A stretch of DNA of 64,000 nt, taken from assembly GCF_009914755.1 (NCBI RefSeq), contig NC_060927.1; one strand, written 5' to 3'. Shown piece after piece: positions 15,611 through 34,234 of the stretch (positions are counted from its first letter, which is position 1; the number at the start of each line of letters is the position of its first letter). Under the pieces are notes generated by a model. That model ran no database searches. It worked only from the letters and a program-made list of their open reading frames with translations, and was not told the origin of the DNA. The translations under genes and the position numbers were made by a program. This stretch comes from the human T2T-CHM13v2.0 reference genome, Homo sapiens.

Positions 15611-16204
15611 CTGGGAGGAGTCTAGTTAAAAACAATTATTTCAATTTGATATAATTCCAGTGACATTTTCATAACCCTTATAAATTGGCACCTTGGAAAC
15701 TGCCTGGTTAGCTCAGTCCTTAATCAGTCTCTGTCCATGCCAATGACCTGTACTAGTTGTTCTGTGAGATATGGCTATAGTGTTTCTTGTGGGACTTTGG
15801 TTGACTTGAGTTTATTTCAAGAGCCTGTCATGTGTGAATTGACAAAAGACCCTCTAAATTTGCAAAACTGAGGATCAGGTTATCAACTGCACCCCAACCA
15901 CCGTGAAGATCTAATTGGAATATTTAGCTTGTCTCATTTTATTACTATATAGCTTAGTCTGACCCATGCTTAATATATACCATCCCTTCAGCTTTGTAAG
16001 TCACTGTAATTCGGATCTTACATAATTATTGTGCAGGACCTGCTGATTTCACTGTTTGATGCAGTTTATTGTTGAAACAACCTTCTTCCTATTCTCTCTA
16101 CTTCAGTCCTTTCTCCCTAAAATCTAATCTATTGTAAATATAGTGATCCATTAAAGTCTAAGACAAATCATGGCACTTCTCTGCTCAGATCCCTTTAATG
16201 GTTG

Positions 16205-16910
16205 TGTTTTTTAAAAATAATTTTTATTGTGTATAAATAAGGCATATAGCATGATGTTATGGGATGCATATACATGGCAGAAAAGTTACTATGGTGAAGC
16301 AAATTGACATAATCATCATCTCACATAGTTACCCTTCTGTTTGTTTTCGTGGCAAGAGCAGGTAAAATCTACTCATTTAGCATGAATCTCACATACAGTA
16401 CAATTTTATTACCTATAATTCTCATGTTGTATATTAGATCTGACCTGTTAATCATACATATTTGCCACTTTGTATTCTCTGACCTACATCTCCTCATTTC
16501 CTGCCCTCCCCACATCCCTGGTAACCATTGTTTGTTCTCGATCTCTGTATATTTGATTTTTTTAACAGACTCTACATATAGGTGAGTTATTCGTGCAATA
16601 TTTTTGTTTCTGTGTCTGGCTTATTTCACTTAGCGTAATGTCCTCTAGGTTCATTCACGTTGTGGCAATGACAAGATCTTGTTCTTTTTAGGGCTGATTA
16701 ATATTCCACTGATACAGGTACTACAGTTTATTTATCCATATGTCTATCTATAGATACTTAGGTTGTTCTCATATTTTAGCTTTTGTGAATAATGCTGTAA
16801 TGAACTTGGGAGTGCAGGTATCTTTATCAAGTGGTGATTTCATTTCCTTTGGATATAATCTCAGAAGAGAGATTGCTGAGTCGTATGGTATTTCTATTTT
16901 AAATTTCTTT
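16205..16910 (-). mobile_element. L1MA (MA9/10-like) 3' end; non-inverted part of a 5'-inverted element
   Basis: Antisense L1MA 3'UTR (atcatcatctcacatagttaccc; ggcttatttcacttagcgtaatg). Confidence 0.88.
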
Positions 16911-17030
16911 CTGTGGCATTCTCATTCACAAATAATGACCTAAGTGAAAAATAAATCAAGAAAATCCCACTTACAATATCATCCAAAAATGCCTAGGAAT
17001 AAATTTAAGCAAAGAAGTGAAAAATCTATA

Positions 17031-17334
17031 TAGATGCTCCTTATGATAAAATTACCTTCTAATAAGCCCATCAAAATTTGAAAATGTAAAGCATTTAATA
17101 AACCTAACCTAATGAACATAATTACTTAGTATAGACTACCATAAATGTACTCAGAACACTTACATTAGCTTACAGTTAGGCAAAATCATTTAAAACAAAA
17201 TTTGTTTTATAATAAAGTGTTGAATAGTTCATGTAACTCATTGAATGCTATACACTATGTTGAAATTTTGATGGTTTTGCACCACTGTAAAGTTGAAAAA
17301 TTGTAAGTCAGACCATTATAAGTTGGGGACCATG
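17031..17334. mobile_element. Tigger4-like (TcMar-Tigger) element nested in L1MA
   Basis: agatgctcc...ctcagaacacttacattagcttacagttaggcaaaatcat...aagttggggacc; TA on both sides and L1 sequence resumes in register. Confidence 0.85.
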
Positions 17335-17944
17335 TATACACTGAAAACTATAAAACATTGATGAAAGAAATTAGGAAAAAAAACACAAATGAAAACATAT
17401 CCCTGAGTTCATGGATTGGAAGAATTAATATTTTTTAGATGTTCACATTACCCAAAGCAATATACAGACTCAATGCAATCCATCTCAAAATCCTAATGGC
17501 ATTCTTCACAGAAATAAAAATAAACAATCCTAAAATTGTATGGACCCATGAAAGACCCCGAATAGCCAAAACAATTCTGAGAAAAAAAAATTGAAGGCAT
17601 CACATGTTCTGATTTAAAATTATATTACAAAGCTATAGTAGTCAAAACAGCATGGTACTGGCATAAAAACAGACACATAGACCAGTAGAACAGAGTAGAG
17701 AGCCCAGAAATAAATCCAAACATATACAGTCCACTAATTTTTGAAAAGGGTACCAAGAGGACACAATGAGGAAAGAATAGTCCCTTCAATAAATGGTGCT
17801 GGAAAAACTGTATTTCAACATGCAAAATAATGAAATTGGATCCTTAAATCATACCCAAACTTCATATAAAATGGATAAAATACCTAAATATAAAACCAGA
17901 AACTATAAAACAAAGGGGAAAACTCTTGAACATTGGCTTTGGCA

Positions 17945-17948
<4 letters not shown>

Positions 17949-17987
<39 letters not shown>
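17949..17987. repeat. (T)39 mononucleotide run
   Basis: Direct count. Confidence 0.95.
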
Positions 17988-17990
<3 letters not shown>

Positions 17991-18524
17991 ATCACACCAA
18001 AAGTTCAGGTCACAAAGGCAAAAACAAATAAATGGGATTGCATAAAACTAAAAAGCACAACAAAGGAAACAACAAAATAACACAACAGCCTATGGATTAA
18101 GAAAAAATTATTTGCAAACCATATACTTGGTTAGGGGTTAACATCCAAAATGTATAAAGAACTCATACAATTCAATAGAGGAAAAATAACCCAATTTAAA
18201 AATGGACAAAATACCTGAATAGACATTTCTCCAAGGAAGACATAAAAATGGACAATGGGTATATGAAATATGTGATATTGCTCAATATCATTAATCATCT
18301 GGGAAATGCAAATCAAAACTACTATGAGGTATCACCTCACACCTGTTAGGATAGCTACTATCAAAAAGTCAAAAGATAATAAATGTTGGCAAGAGTATGG
18401 AGAAAAAGGAACTCTAGTACACTATTGGTGGGAATGTAGATTGGTACGGCCATTAAGGGAAACAGTCTGGAGGTTTCTAAAGACATTAAAAACAGAACTA
18501 CCACATGTCCCAGCAATCCTGGGC

Positions 18525-19142
18525 TACTCTTTTTACTCAGTAAAATCCAAAGTTCTTACAGTGACTTATGAGGCCCTACATCCTCTTCTTTCTCCCTGTC
18601 CTCATGCATTCATTTATTCAGGAAATATTTGTTTAGTGTTTACTATATATTGGACACTGGCTGAGGGTACAGAAGTAAACAAAGCAGAAAAAAATACCTG
18701 CCCTTATGGAATACCAACTAGCTTACTCTTCTCCATCTTCATTGGCCTTCTTGCTATTCCTAGAAAATTCTAACCATGGTCCCATTATCAGGCCTTTGCA
18801 ATTGCTGTTCTCTCTACTTGGGAAATGTCTTCCCCTGATAGCTACATGGCTTGCTCTCTCACTTCATTTAATTCTTTATGCTCAAATGTCACCTCCCCAA
18901 AGTCTATTTCTTGATTACCCTATATAAAATAGTAGCCATCCCCATACCATATTTCCTTCCTCCTGTTGTCTTACTAATATTTGCACCATAAGACAGACTA
19001 TATATTTAATTGTGTGCTTGTTTCTTACCTGGCTCTTTCCACTAGAACGGAGGCTCTATGAGGGCAGGCCTGAGTATGTTATTCAGTATCATAGCCTAGT
19101 GTAAATCATAGTAGGCTTTCAGTAGGTGCTTGCTGAATGAGT
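18525..19142 (+). mobile_element. L2 3' part (continuation of the L2 at ~16100-16203), with an opposite-strand L2 tail at ~18600-18715
   Basis: gtaaaatccaaagttcttacagtgacttatgaggccct...aggcctttgcaattgctgtt...ctctatgagggcagg...gctgaatgag. Confidence 0.8.
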
Positions 19143-20148
19143 TTTTAGATCCAATAATGTAAATTCTGTTAAAAAAACAGATAACTTGGTGATCGATGCA
19201 GAAATCGGGTGATTTCTGCATTTCCAACTGAGGTACCTGGTTTATCTCATTGGGAATGGTCAGACAGTGGGTGCAGCCCACGGAGGGTGAACTGAAGCAG
19301 GCGGGGCATCGCCTCAACCGGGAAGCCCAAGGGGTCGGGGGATTTCCCTTTCCTAGCCAAGGGAAGGCGTGACAGACTGTACCAGGAAAATCGGGACACT
19401 GCAACCTAAACACTGCGCTTTTCCAATGGCCTTAGCAAATGCCACAACAGGAGATAGTATCCTGCAACTAGCTCAGTGTGCCCCACGCCCACGGAGCTTT
19501 GCTCACTGCTAGTCCGAGATTGAACTGCAAGGCAGCAGACTTGGCTGGGGAAGGGGCGTCCGCCATTGCTGAGGATTGAGTAGGTAAACAAAGCCGCTGG
19601 GAAGCTCGAACCGCGGGGAGCCCACCACAGCTCAACAAGGCCTGCCTGCCTCTGTAGACTCCATCTCTGCGGGCAAGACATAGCTGAACAAAAGGAGCAG
19701 AAACTTCTGCAGACTTAAACGTCCCTGTCTGACAGCTCTGAAGAGAGCAGTGGTTTTCCCAGCACGGTGTTTGAGCTCTGAGAATGGACAGATTGCCTCC
19801 TCAAGTGGGTCCCTGACCCCTGTGTAGCCTAACTTGGAGACAACTGCCAGTAGGGGCTGACTGACACCTCATATAGCCAGGTGTCCCTCTGAGACAAAGC
19901 TTGCAGAAGAAGCATCAGGCAGCAATATTTCCTGTTCTGCAGCCTCCACTGATGAAACCCAGAAAAACAGGGTCTGGAGTGGACCTCCAGTGAACTCCAA
20001 CAGACCTGCAGCTGAGGGACCTGAATGTTAGAAGGAAAACTAACAAACAGAAAAGAATAGCATCAACATCAATAAAAAGGACATCCACACCAAAACCCCA
20101 TCTGTAGGTCACCATCATTAAAGACCAAAGGTAGAAAAAACCACAAAG

Positions 20149-21171
20149 ATGGGGAGAAACCAGAGCAGAATAGCTGAAAATTCTAAAAACCAGAGGGCCC
20201 CTTCTCCTCCAAAGGATCGCAGCTCCTCACCAGCAACGCAACAAAGCAGGAAGGAGAATGATTTTGACGAGTTGACAGAAGTAGGCTTCAGAAAGTCGGT
20301 AATAACAAAGTTCTCCAAGCTGAAGGAGGATGTTGAAACCCATCGCAAAGAAGCTAAAAACCTTGAAAAAGATTAGACGAAGGGCTAACTAGAATAAAAA
20401 GTGTAGAGAAGACCTTAAATGACCTGATGGAGCTGAAAACCATGGCACGAGAACTACGTGATGCATGCACAAGCTTCAGTAGCTGATTTGATTAAGTGGA
20501 AGAAAGGGTATCAATGATTGAAGATCAAATTAATGAAATGAAGCAAGAAGAGAAGTTAGAGAAAAAAGAGTAAAAAGAAATGAACAAAGCCTCCAAGAAA
20601 TATGGGACTATGTGAAAGACCAAATCTACATTTGATTGGTGTACCTGAAAGTGATGGGGAGAATGGAACCAAGCTGGAAAACACTCTTCAGGATATTATC
20701 CAGGAGAACCTCCCCAACCTAGCAAGGCAGGCCAACATTGAAATTCAGGAAATGCAGAGAACACCACAAAGATACTCCTCGAGAAAAGCAACCCTAAGAC
20801 ACATAATTGTCAGATTCACCAAGGTTGAAATGAAGGAAAAAATGCTAAGGGCAGCCAGAGAGAAAGGTCAGGTTACCCACAAAGGGAAGCCCACCAGACT
20901 AACAGCGGATCTCTCAGCAGAAACCCTACAAGCCAGAAGAGAGGGGGGGCCAATATTCAACATTTTTAAAGAAGAGAATTTTCAACCCAGAATTTCATAT
21001 CCAGCCAAACTAAGCTTCATAAGTGAAGGATAAATAAAATCCTTTACAGACAAGCAAATGCTGAGAGATTTTGTCACCACCAGGCCTGCCTTACAAGAGC
21101 TCCTGAAAGAAGCCCTAAACATGGAAAGGAACAATCGGTACCAGCCACTGCAAAAACATGCCAAATTGTAA
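20149..21171 (+). pseudogene. L1 ORF1p, disrupted
   Basis: MGRNQSRIAENSKNQRAPSPPKDRSSSPA and RPNLHLIGVPESDGENGTKLENTLQDIIQEN lie in broken frames, with frameshifts and stops. Confidence 0.95.
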
Positions 21172-21234
21172 AGACCATTGATGCTAGGAAGAAACTGCAT
21201 CAACTAACAGGCAAAATAACCAGCTAACATCATA

Positions 21235-25085
<3,851 letters not shown>

Positions 25086-26069
25086 GACAGAAAACCAAAC
25101 ATCGCATGTTCTCACTCATAGGTGGGAACTGAACAATGAGAACACATGGACACAGGGTGGGGAACATCACACGTTGGGGCCTATAGTGGGGTGGGGGGAT
25201 GGTGGAGGGATAGCATTAGGAGAAATACCTAATGTAAATGAAGAGTTAATGGGTGCAGCAAACCAACACGTCACATGTATACATATGTAGCAAACCTGCA
25301 CGTTGTGCACATGTACCCTAGAACTTAAAGTATAATAATAAAAAAACTGATAACTCCTCACTGGTCATAAGTCTCCTAACTATATGTATTTTTTATTTAT
25401 CTAGACTGTTCAGCTGTGTACACTAGATAGCACCTGGGGACTTGTCTCCTTCTTTCAAGGTTGAATACTTTCTAATTTATTTTAAACTGTAGTAGCATAA
25501 TGAGAGAGGCAGCAGAAATCCTAATCTGTGGTTCTACAGAACAATTAAAAGCCTCCTTTCTACTTCACTGGGAGAAAAAATACATGGAAGAAGGACCCTG
25601 AGTCATCAACTTTAGATTATACAATTTTCATATTCATGCATTACTCTCACTCCTAATTTATTCTGTTAGGCAATGAAGCAGCAAATGTTGGTTTACTTTA
25701 ATTAAAAAGCTACTCAAATTAAACCAACATCATTTAAAGTTACATTAAATGAACCATCATACATCATGTAGTAATTACAACTATACACATATAATGTAGA
25801 ACTGGACAGAATTAAAAAAAATTATTACTGATGATGCCCAAATTGATCAATTTAGGCACAAAACACCATTTATTTGTTACCCATAAATTTAGATAATGAC
25901 TTGATATGCCATGATGCTTATGTAGACAGATTAATTTCATTTTTCCACCTTTCACTTTCAAGTTACATACGATTTTGAGCTATTAAAACAATATTAGTTC
26001 CAAAAAGAAAAAATATAATAATTGATGCTGAGCTCTTCCAGTAGATTTAAAACAATATAAAATAAATTG

Positions 26070-26492
26070 CAGTTGGCTTTTGAATAACATGAGTTTGAAC
26101 TGCGTGATCCATTTTTACTAAGCTTTTCTTCCACCTCTGCTTCCCCTGGGACAGGAAGACCAATCCTACTTTCCTCCTCCTCCTCGTCCTCAGCCTACTC
26201 AACAATGACGACCTTAATGATGATTCACTTCCACTTAATGAAAAATATATTTCTCTTCCTTATGATTTTCTTAACAATTTTTTTCCTAGCTTACTTTATT
26301 GTAAGAATACAGTGTATAATACATATAACATGCAAAATGCGCGTTAATTGGCTGTTTTTGTTGCCACTAAGGCTTCTGGTCAATAGTACGCTATTAGCAG
26401 ATAAGTTTTTGGGAAGCCAAAAGTTAAACACAGATGTTCAACTGCATGGAGGGTCATCGCTCCTAAACCCTCAAGTTGTTCAGGGTCAATTG
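26070..26492. mobile_element. Tigger2a-like DNA transposon
   Basis: Terminal inverted repeats cagttggcttttgaataaca / tgttcagggtcaattg followed by TA; internal cctcctcctc..cagcctactcaac. Confidence 0.88.
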
Positions 26493-26661
26493 TATAATCA
26501 TGAACCATGATGGAAATAGTAGTAAGATTAATGATTTAATAAAGGGCTTACCAAATTAAGGCTGTGATATTAATTTCTCTTGCTGCCCATTTGTGTTCAG
26601 CCAGAGAGCCAAGTACAGTATTATATTTCTGAATGGTTGAAAAAAGTCAAATAAAAAAATA

Positions 26662-26970
26662 TTTTTTTCTTTTCTTTTTTTTTTTTTTAATGGAGTCTAG
26701 CTCTATTGCCCAGGCTGGAGTGCAGTGGTGCGATCTCGACTCACACCGAAACCTCCACCTCCCAGGTTCAAGCAGTTCTCCTGCCTCAGCCTTCCAAGTA
26801 GCTGGGATTACAGGCATGTGCCACCACGGCCCGCTAATTTTTGTATTTTCAGTAGAGACGGGGTTTTACCATGTTAGCCAGACTGGTCTTGAATTCCTGA
26901 CCTCAAGTGATTCGCCCACCTCGGCCTCCAAAAGTGCTGGGATTACAGGCGTGAGCCACTGAGCCCAGCC
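26662..26970 (-). mobile_element. AluS (Sx/Sz-like)
   Basis: Full antisense Alu; TSD aaataaa(a/g)aaatattt. Confidence 0.95.
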
Positions 26971-27108
26971 AAATAAAGAAATATTTAATGACATGTGAAA
27001 GTTATATGAAATTCAAATTCAGTGTCTGTAAGTCGTTTTATTGCAACCCAGCCACAACTGTTTATTTACATATTGTCTATGGCTGCTTTCATTCTAAAAT
27101 AGAGTTGA

Positions 27109-27529
<421 letters not shown>

Positions 27530-28447
27530 CTATGCGCATCAGAACTAACTGAAGGAAAAAAATTAAAAGTGCAAATTCTTCATCTTTCTTTCAGACATTC
27601 TTATTCAGTGGCTCCAGAGCAGTTTTAGGGCTCAGCCTCTGGGCTTATCAGAATCTGTAGGGAAGTACAGGGCATCAGTAGTTTTGGGAATCACCGACTC
27701 ACTGTGCGTAGAGTGCTGCCTTTCTAGTAAGTCAATATTTCCTGGTTCATCCTATATCATTCATTGTGCGTATAAATATAAATGATATTTTAAGAAAGCT
27801 AACTCTCATTAATAATGACCATACATTTTTCTCAGAATATATTTTGTTTATATTCTTAGAATATTTTTAGTTACACCTTTAGGTTAATATGCTAATTTAA
27901 ATAGGCTAATATAATTTAAAGAGAGAAAACCCATAAGGTGATATTACAGATTAAACTATTTGCCATCTAGAACAGATTAAGTACCAATATTCACAAGCAA
28001 AACTATCACTAGTATCCCATTAATTTAAATTCGCCATGAAAATGGTGCTCAATCATGAATTATGCCAGGAAAAGAAAAAGGAGATTGGGATCACTTATTG
28101 ACTAAGACATGGAAAGCCCTCCAGGTGACATTACACAGACTGCAATGGGTGTTAATCCATGTGTTCTGCAACTCTTGCTCTATGTGGAGTCTAGGTAAGG
28201 ATTTTGACCTAAATTCTCTAAAACAAGATTAGAGATGCTCCTAGATATATGTGAAACCCTTATTAAATCTCTCTCTCAATTTCTCTCTTTTTTTAACATT
28301 GCTGTCACTTATTTATCAAATAAAAATTTTTAGCTTATAATGTAATTGTTATTTTCTTCAGGGGTTATTTAAAAGCTTAATTATAAAAAATTTTTTATGG
28401 GCCATATAGGTAGTAAATGTTAAATAACAAAATATAATTTGTATAAC

Positions 28448-28738
28448 TTTTTTTTTTTTTGACAGAGTCTCGCTCTGTGGCCCAGGCTGGAGTACAGTGG
28501 CGCGACCTTGGCTCACTGCAAGCTCTGCCTCCCGGGTTCACATCATTCTCCTGCCTCAGCCTCCCAGTAGCTGGGACAATAGGCACCTGCCACAACGCCC
28601 GGCTAATTTTTTGTATTTTTAATAGAGACTGGGTTTCACTGTGTTAGCCAGGATGGTCTCAATCTCCTGACCTCGTGATCCGCCCGCCTCGGCCTCCCAA
28701 AGTGCTGAGATTACAGGCGTAAGTCACTGTGTGGGGCC
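28448..28738 (-). mobile_element. AluY
   Basis: gcaagctctgcctcccgggttcac, gtgttagccaggatggtctc; TSD taa(t/c)ttgtataactttt. Confidence 0.95.
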
Positions 28739-28774
28739 TAACTTGTATAACTTTTCAAATAAAGGGGAAAAAGT

Positions 28775-30009
<1,235 letters not shown>

Positions 30010-30010
<1 letters not shown>

Positions 30011-32175
30011 GTAATTGGTGTATTTAAATTCTTTACTTTTCAGGTAATTATTAATTTTTTACTGATTAAATCTGCCATAGTATTTATTTACTTTTTTGGT
30101 TTTCTTTGGTTCCCATTCCCATGTTCTTTTCTCTTGACTTCCTGTGGTTTAACTTGAATACTTCTAGAGGTCCATTTTGGTTTGTTTACACTGTTTTTGA
30201 GTGTATCTCTTTGTATAGTTTTCAGAGTGGTTGCCTGAGTATTACACTAAGTATTACATGTGACTTATCACAGTCTATTGGTTTCAACATTTTACCACCT
30301 TAGTGGAATATGAAAACCTAACTTCCTTTTAGCTTCCTTTACCTTCCTCACTTCTAAATACTGTGTTGAATATGAGATGGTATATAGATTTCTTTGAATA
30401 ATCAAATGTAATTCATAAAAATCGTGAGAAAAATGATAGTCTATTTTATGTACCTATATTTCTCTTCTTTACGTTTTTTCCTTCCTTCCTGAGACTCCAC
30501 GTTTCTTTATTTTACCATTTTATTTCTCCTTGAAGCACTTCCCTTATTCAGTCTTTAAGGATAAGGTCCGTCAGCAACAATAACTTTTAAGATTTTTTTT
30601 TCCATTGTCTCATTTTAATTTTCAGAGGTTTAATTATGATATGTCTGGGCATGGATTTCTTTGAGTTTGTCCTGTCTGGGATTGACTCAGCTTCTAGGAC
30701 CTGTAGGTTTATGTGTTTTGCCAAATTTGGAAAAATTTAAGCTGTTATTTCTTTGAATATTTCTTTTTGTCTTACTCTCTTTCTCCTCCTTCTATAACTC
30801 TGATGATCTAAATGTTGGATTTTTTCTTACTGCCCCATAGATTCCTGAGGTTCTGTTCATTTTTTTCTCTATTTTTTCTCTATTGTCAGATTACATACAT
30901 TTTATTTTTCTGTCTTCAAATTTGCTGATTCTACTTTCTGTCATGTCCCACTCTATGAAGTCCATCAAGCGATTTCTTGATTTCTGTTATTGTTGTTTTA
31001 GTTCTGTAATTTCCACTTGATACTTTTTAATAATTTCTCTTTCTTTTCTAGGGTTTTCTTTTCTTTCCATTCATTTTAAGGAAATTTGTACTTGATTGTA
31101 AAAACATTTTATGACAGCTGGTTTAAAATCCTTCTCAGATAATTCCAACATCCAATTTATCTCAGGATTAGCATCAGTCGATAGTCTTTTCTCATTCAAA
31201 TTGTAATTTTTTTGGTTCTTGGTATGACAGGTAATTTTTATTGTATCCTGGACATTTTGTGTATTTTGTGAAGAGATTCTAGGTCCTATTTAAATCTTTT
31301 AGTTTAACATGCAAGTCACTCTGTTTAGTTTTATCCTGCAGATCCTGGCATACTATCGTGGGCTGTGGTTCCAATGACAGTTTAATTTTTAAAGTCTTTG
31401 TGGTGTTATTTTGGTCTGCTTGGGTTTATCTGGTGCCACTGGAACTTCTATTAATCCCTACTGGTGCTGCCTAAGGGGTGGGAGAGGTTTCTCCACACTG
31501 GGGCACAGATGTCTCTTGGTGGGGGAAGGGAGTCTCCGGCTCATGAGGACAAAGAGGTTTCCCCGCTCTCATAGTGATAGGATCATGCCTGCCTGTGGGA
31601 GACAGAAAGCATTTCTCAGGCCAGGAGCTTGTTGTGGCAGGATCTCCCCTAATGGGCACTCCTGTTTTTCTGGTTGGTGGAGGGAAGTCTCAGGCCTGTG
31701 GAGGCAATGAAGCTTCGGCCAGGCTTGTTGTGGTAAGATGCCTCTTGCTGATGCTGCTGGGCCCCTCAGTATCTTTTGGTGGGGGAGGGGAGTCTAAGCA
31801 CAGCAGAAAAGGGGAACACTTCTCCGGCCAGTTTATTGTTAGTGGGGCTCCCAACCAAACCGCTCTTACAATGGGACTAGAGGCTTACCTGGTGTTGTCA
31901 GAGGGTCTGTTCGAGCCATAGGAGGAATGACCTTACCTAGACTGCCTTCTGTTGCTTGTTTAGAGTCAGAAAATGTTGGGTCTGAGCCACCTTTTTCTGT
32001 TTGGTGGGGAATGTAAGACACCCTGCTGCTGTGTTTTTCCTCCAATTCTAGATCTCGAACGAGTTTACCTTCTTCTTCATGCTTTTTGCAGTTTTTCTTT
32101 GGTTGTCTCTTGTGCTATTCCAAGGGTTCATAATTTTACTGGGCAGAGAGGAGCAGAGAGAAATGGACCTATGCC
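30010..32175 (-). mobile_element. Old L1M 5' region (ORF1 / 5'UTR)
   Basis: T-rich antisense L1M sequence (ttgccaaatttggaaaaatttaagctgttatttctttgaata; aaatccttctcagataattccaacatc) grading into a GC-richer 5'UTR. Confidence 0.75.
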
Positions 32176-32256
32176 ATCTCATCTAGGACTTTTACCCAAA
32201 GTCTTAGGTAAACGTCTTATTCAAATGTAATGCATCTATAGAGAAGGAATATTCTA

Positions 32257-32724
32257 TGCTATGGTTGAATTGTGGCTCCCAAAGAGATGTGTTCAAGTCC
32301 TGATCCCTTGAACCGCAGAATGTGACTTTATTTGGAAATAGGGTTGCTGACGTTGTAATGAATTAGATGAGGTCCTACTGCAGGACGGTGGGCCCTTAAT
32401 CCAGTATGACTGGCGTCCTCACAAGAAGAGGATATTAGAACACAGAGATGCAGACACAGAGAGGGGGACATCAAGTGATCATGGAGGCAGAAATTGAAGT
32501 TTTGTAGCTGCAAGCTAAGGAATGCCAAGGGTTGCCAGTAAACCACCGGAGGATAGCAAGAGGCAAGGAAGCATTCTCCTCTACACGTTTCAGGGAGAAC
32601 ATAGCCCCACCAACCCTTGATTTCAGAATTCTAGCCTCCAGAATTGTGAAAACAATACACTTCTATGGTTTTAAGCCATCTAGTTGGTGGTATTTTGTTA
32701 CAGCAGTACTAGGAAACTCATATA
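32257..32724 (+). mobile_element. MLT1C-like MaLR solo LTR
   Basis: tgctatggttgaattgtg...ttatttggaaataggg...ctagcctccagaattgtgaaaacaata...aggaaactcatata; TSD ttcta/ctcta. Confidence 0.9.
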
Positions 32725-33686
32725 CTCTATATTTTGAAAATCTCTCCCAGCCAGAGGAAATATGGCCTGATGGTGATGTCAAACAACTGGTGTGTCACAG
32801 AAGTGTCAAATATCTTCCTAGTCTATGACTAAAGTAAGTGCTACTAGCCATTATGTGTATCCTAAGTATTCAACTATTTCTAAAGGAGGGAGATAGGACA
32901 GAGTGGTTCCTACATGTTTCTTTTTATAACATATTCTATTTGAATACCTACCTACTGTGACGCACAGAGACAAAGCCTTCTCCGCTGCTTGGCAAACCTT
33001 GTATTCATCTCTTGTTGACTCCCTGTCCATTTTTCTCAGATTTTTTCTAAATTTCTAATTTTCTAAATTTCTCTCACACTCTGACTCTCTCCAGATGACC
33101 TGCCTTCCTACTCATTTTATGAAATGGGGGATTCATAAATGCATCCTCTCAACTCTCCTCCCATCATCTCCCAAGCAGTGTTCAAATCAGCATTATATCT
33201 CCTCCCACATATTTCCACAAACATTCATCTATGAAGATAAAACTCAGCTTCAGGACAGCCAGGTCTATCTGGGGAGAAAGTGTTGGGAAAGTACAAGCGG
33301 AAGTATATCATTTAGGTGTACTTCCTGGCATTTCTGGACCTTCAGCTTTTTCATCCATAAAAGGAGGATATGGGATTAGATTATCTTGAGATTTCCTTCC
33401 AACCCAATTTCAAAGATCACTTATTGTGATGGATAAATTTGAGAGACAGGCTGTTAGAAGAGAGCAGAAGATCTGTCCAAGAGAATGTGGCAAGTCATAG
33501 ACCATCTCCTTCTATTAGTTATACTTTACTTTCTGGTGGGAAGTAATGGGCAAAGAAAGGAGTTAGGATGGAATGGGAAACCTTTGGAGAGTCAGTGCAC
33601 ATGATGTAAGGGAAGACGTGTCCAAAGTGAGATGCAAGAATCCTGGAGACTCAATAACAGCCAGTTTTGTAGTCATGCTCTATTCC

Positions 33687-33977
33687 AGCACCGTCATATA
33701 GAAATGTCATATGAGGCACAGAGATGAGCCATATACATGAAAATCAACAGATGAAATCCACATTAATAATATATCTGAGTTAACTCAATATACTCAAAAT
33801 GCCATCATTTAATCATGTAATCAATATAAAAATTAATGAAATACTTCACTTTTTTTTTCTAAGTGTTTGGACTCCTGTGTGTATTTTTCACTTACATCAC
33901 ATCTCAGTTTGGCTTGTGACATTTGAAGTGCTCAGTAGGCATGTGTGGCTAGTTACTACCATATTTAATAATGTAGG
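33687..33977. mobile_element. MER33-like DNA transposon
   Basis: catgtaatcaatataaaaattaatga...cacttacatcacatctcagtttgg...gtgctcagtaggcatgtgtggctagt. Confidence 0.82.
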
Positions 33978-34234
33978 TTTATACTACATACTATTGGTGA
34001 CTTCTGGTTGTGTATATATTACTTTTTTCAATCATCACTAAACTGTTTGCAAATTATTCCTCTTCTTTTAGGTTTCTTCCTTGCTGTCCTTGTTGCTGGA
34101 TATTCACCTTCATGTCTGCTATTAGAACTCCAAATTAGGGTTTACAAGGATAATAATGATGCCTCTTAATCCTTCCTTACCTAACCAAAATGATAATATA
34201 AAAGAAAGCATACTGCAAAGAAGCCTATAGGTTG

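Larger units (their letters stand above)
16915..18522 (+). mobile_element. L1MA ORF2 C-terminal part (inverted segment)
   Basis: Sense ORF2 sequence; ORF 18306 [28 protein letters not shown] matches the L1 ORF2 cysteine-rich end. Confidence 0.9.

Noticed and set aside
18306-18773. 155-aa ORF fusing the L1 ORF2 C-terminus to L2-derived sequence
   Set aside because: Read-through across a repeat junction with no promoter or splice evidence
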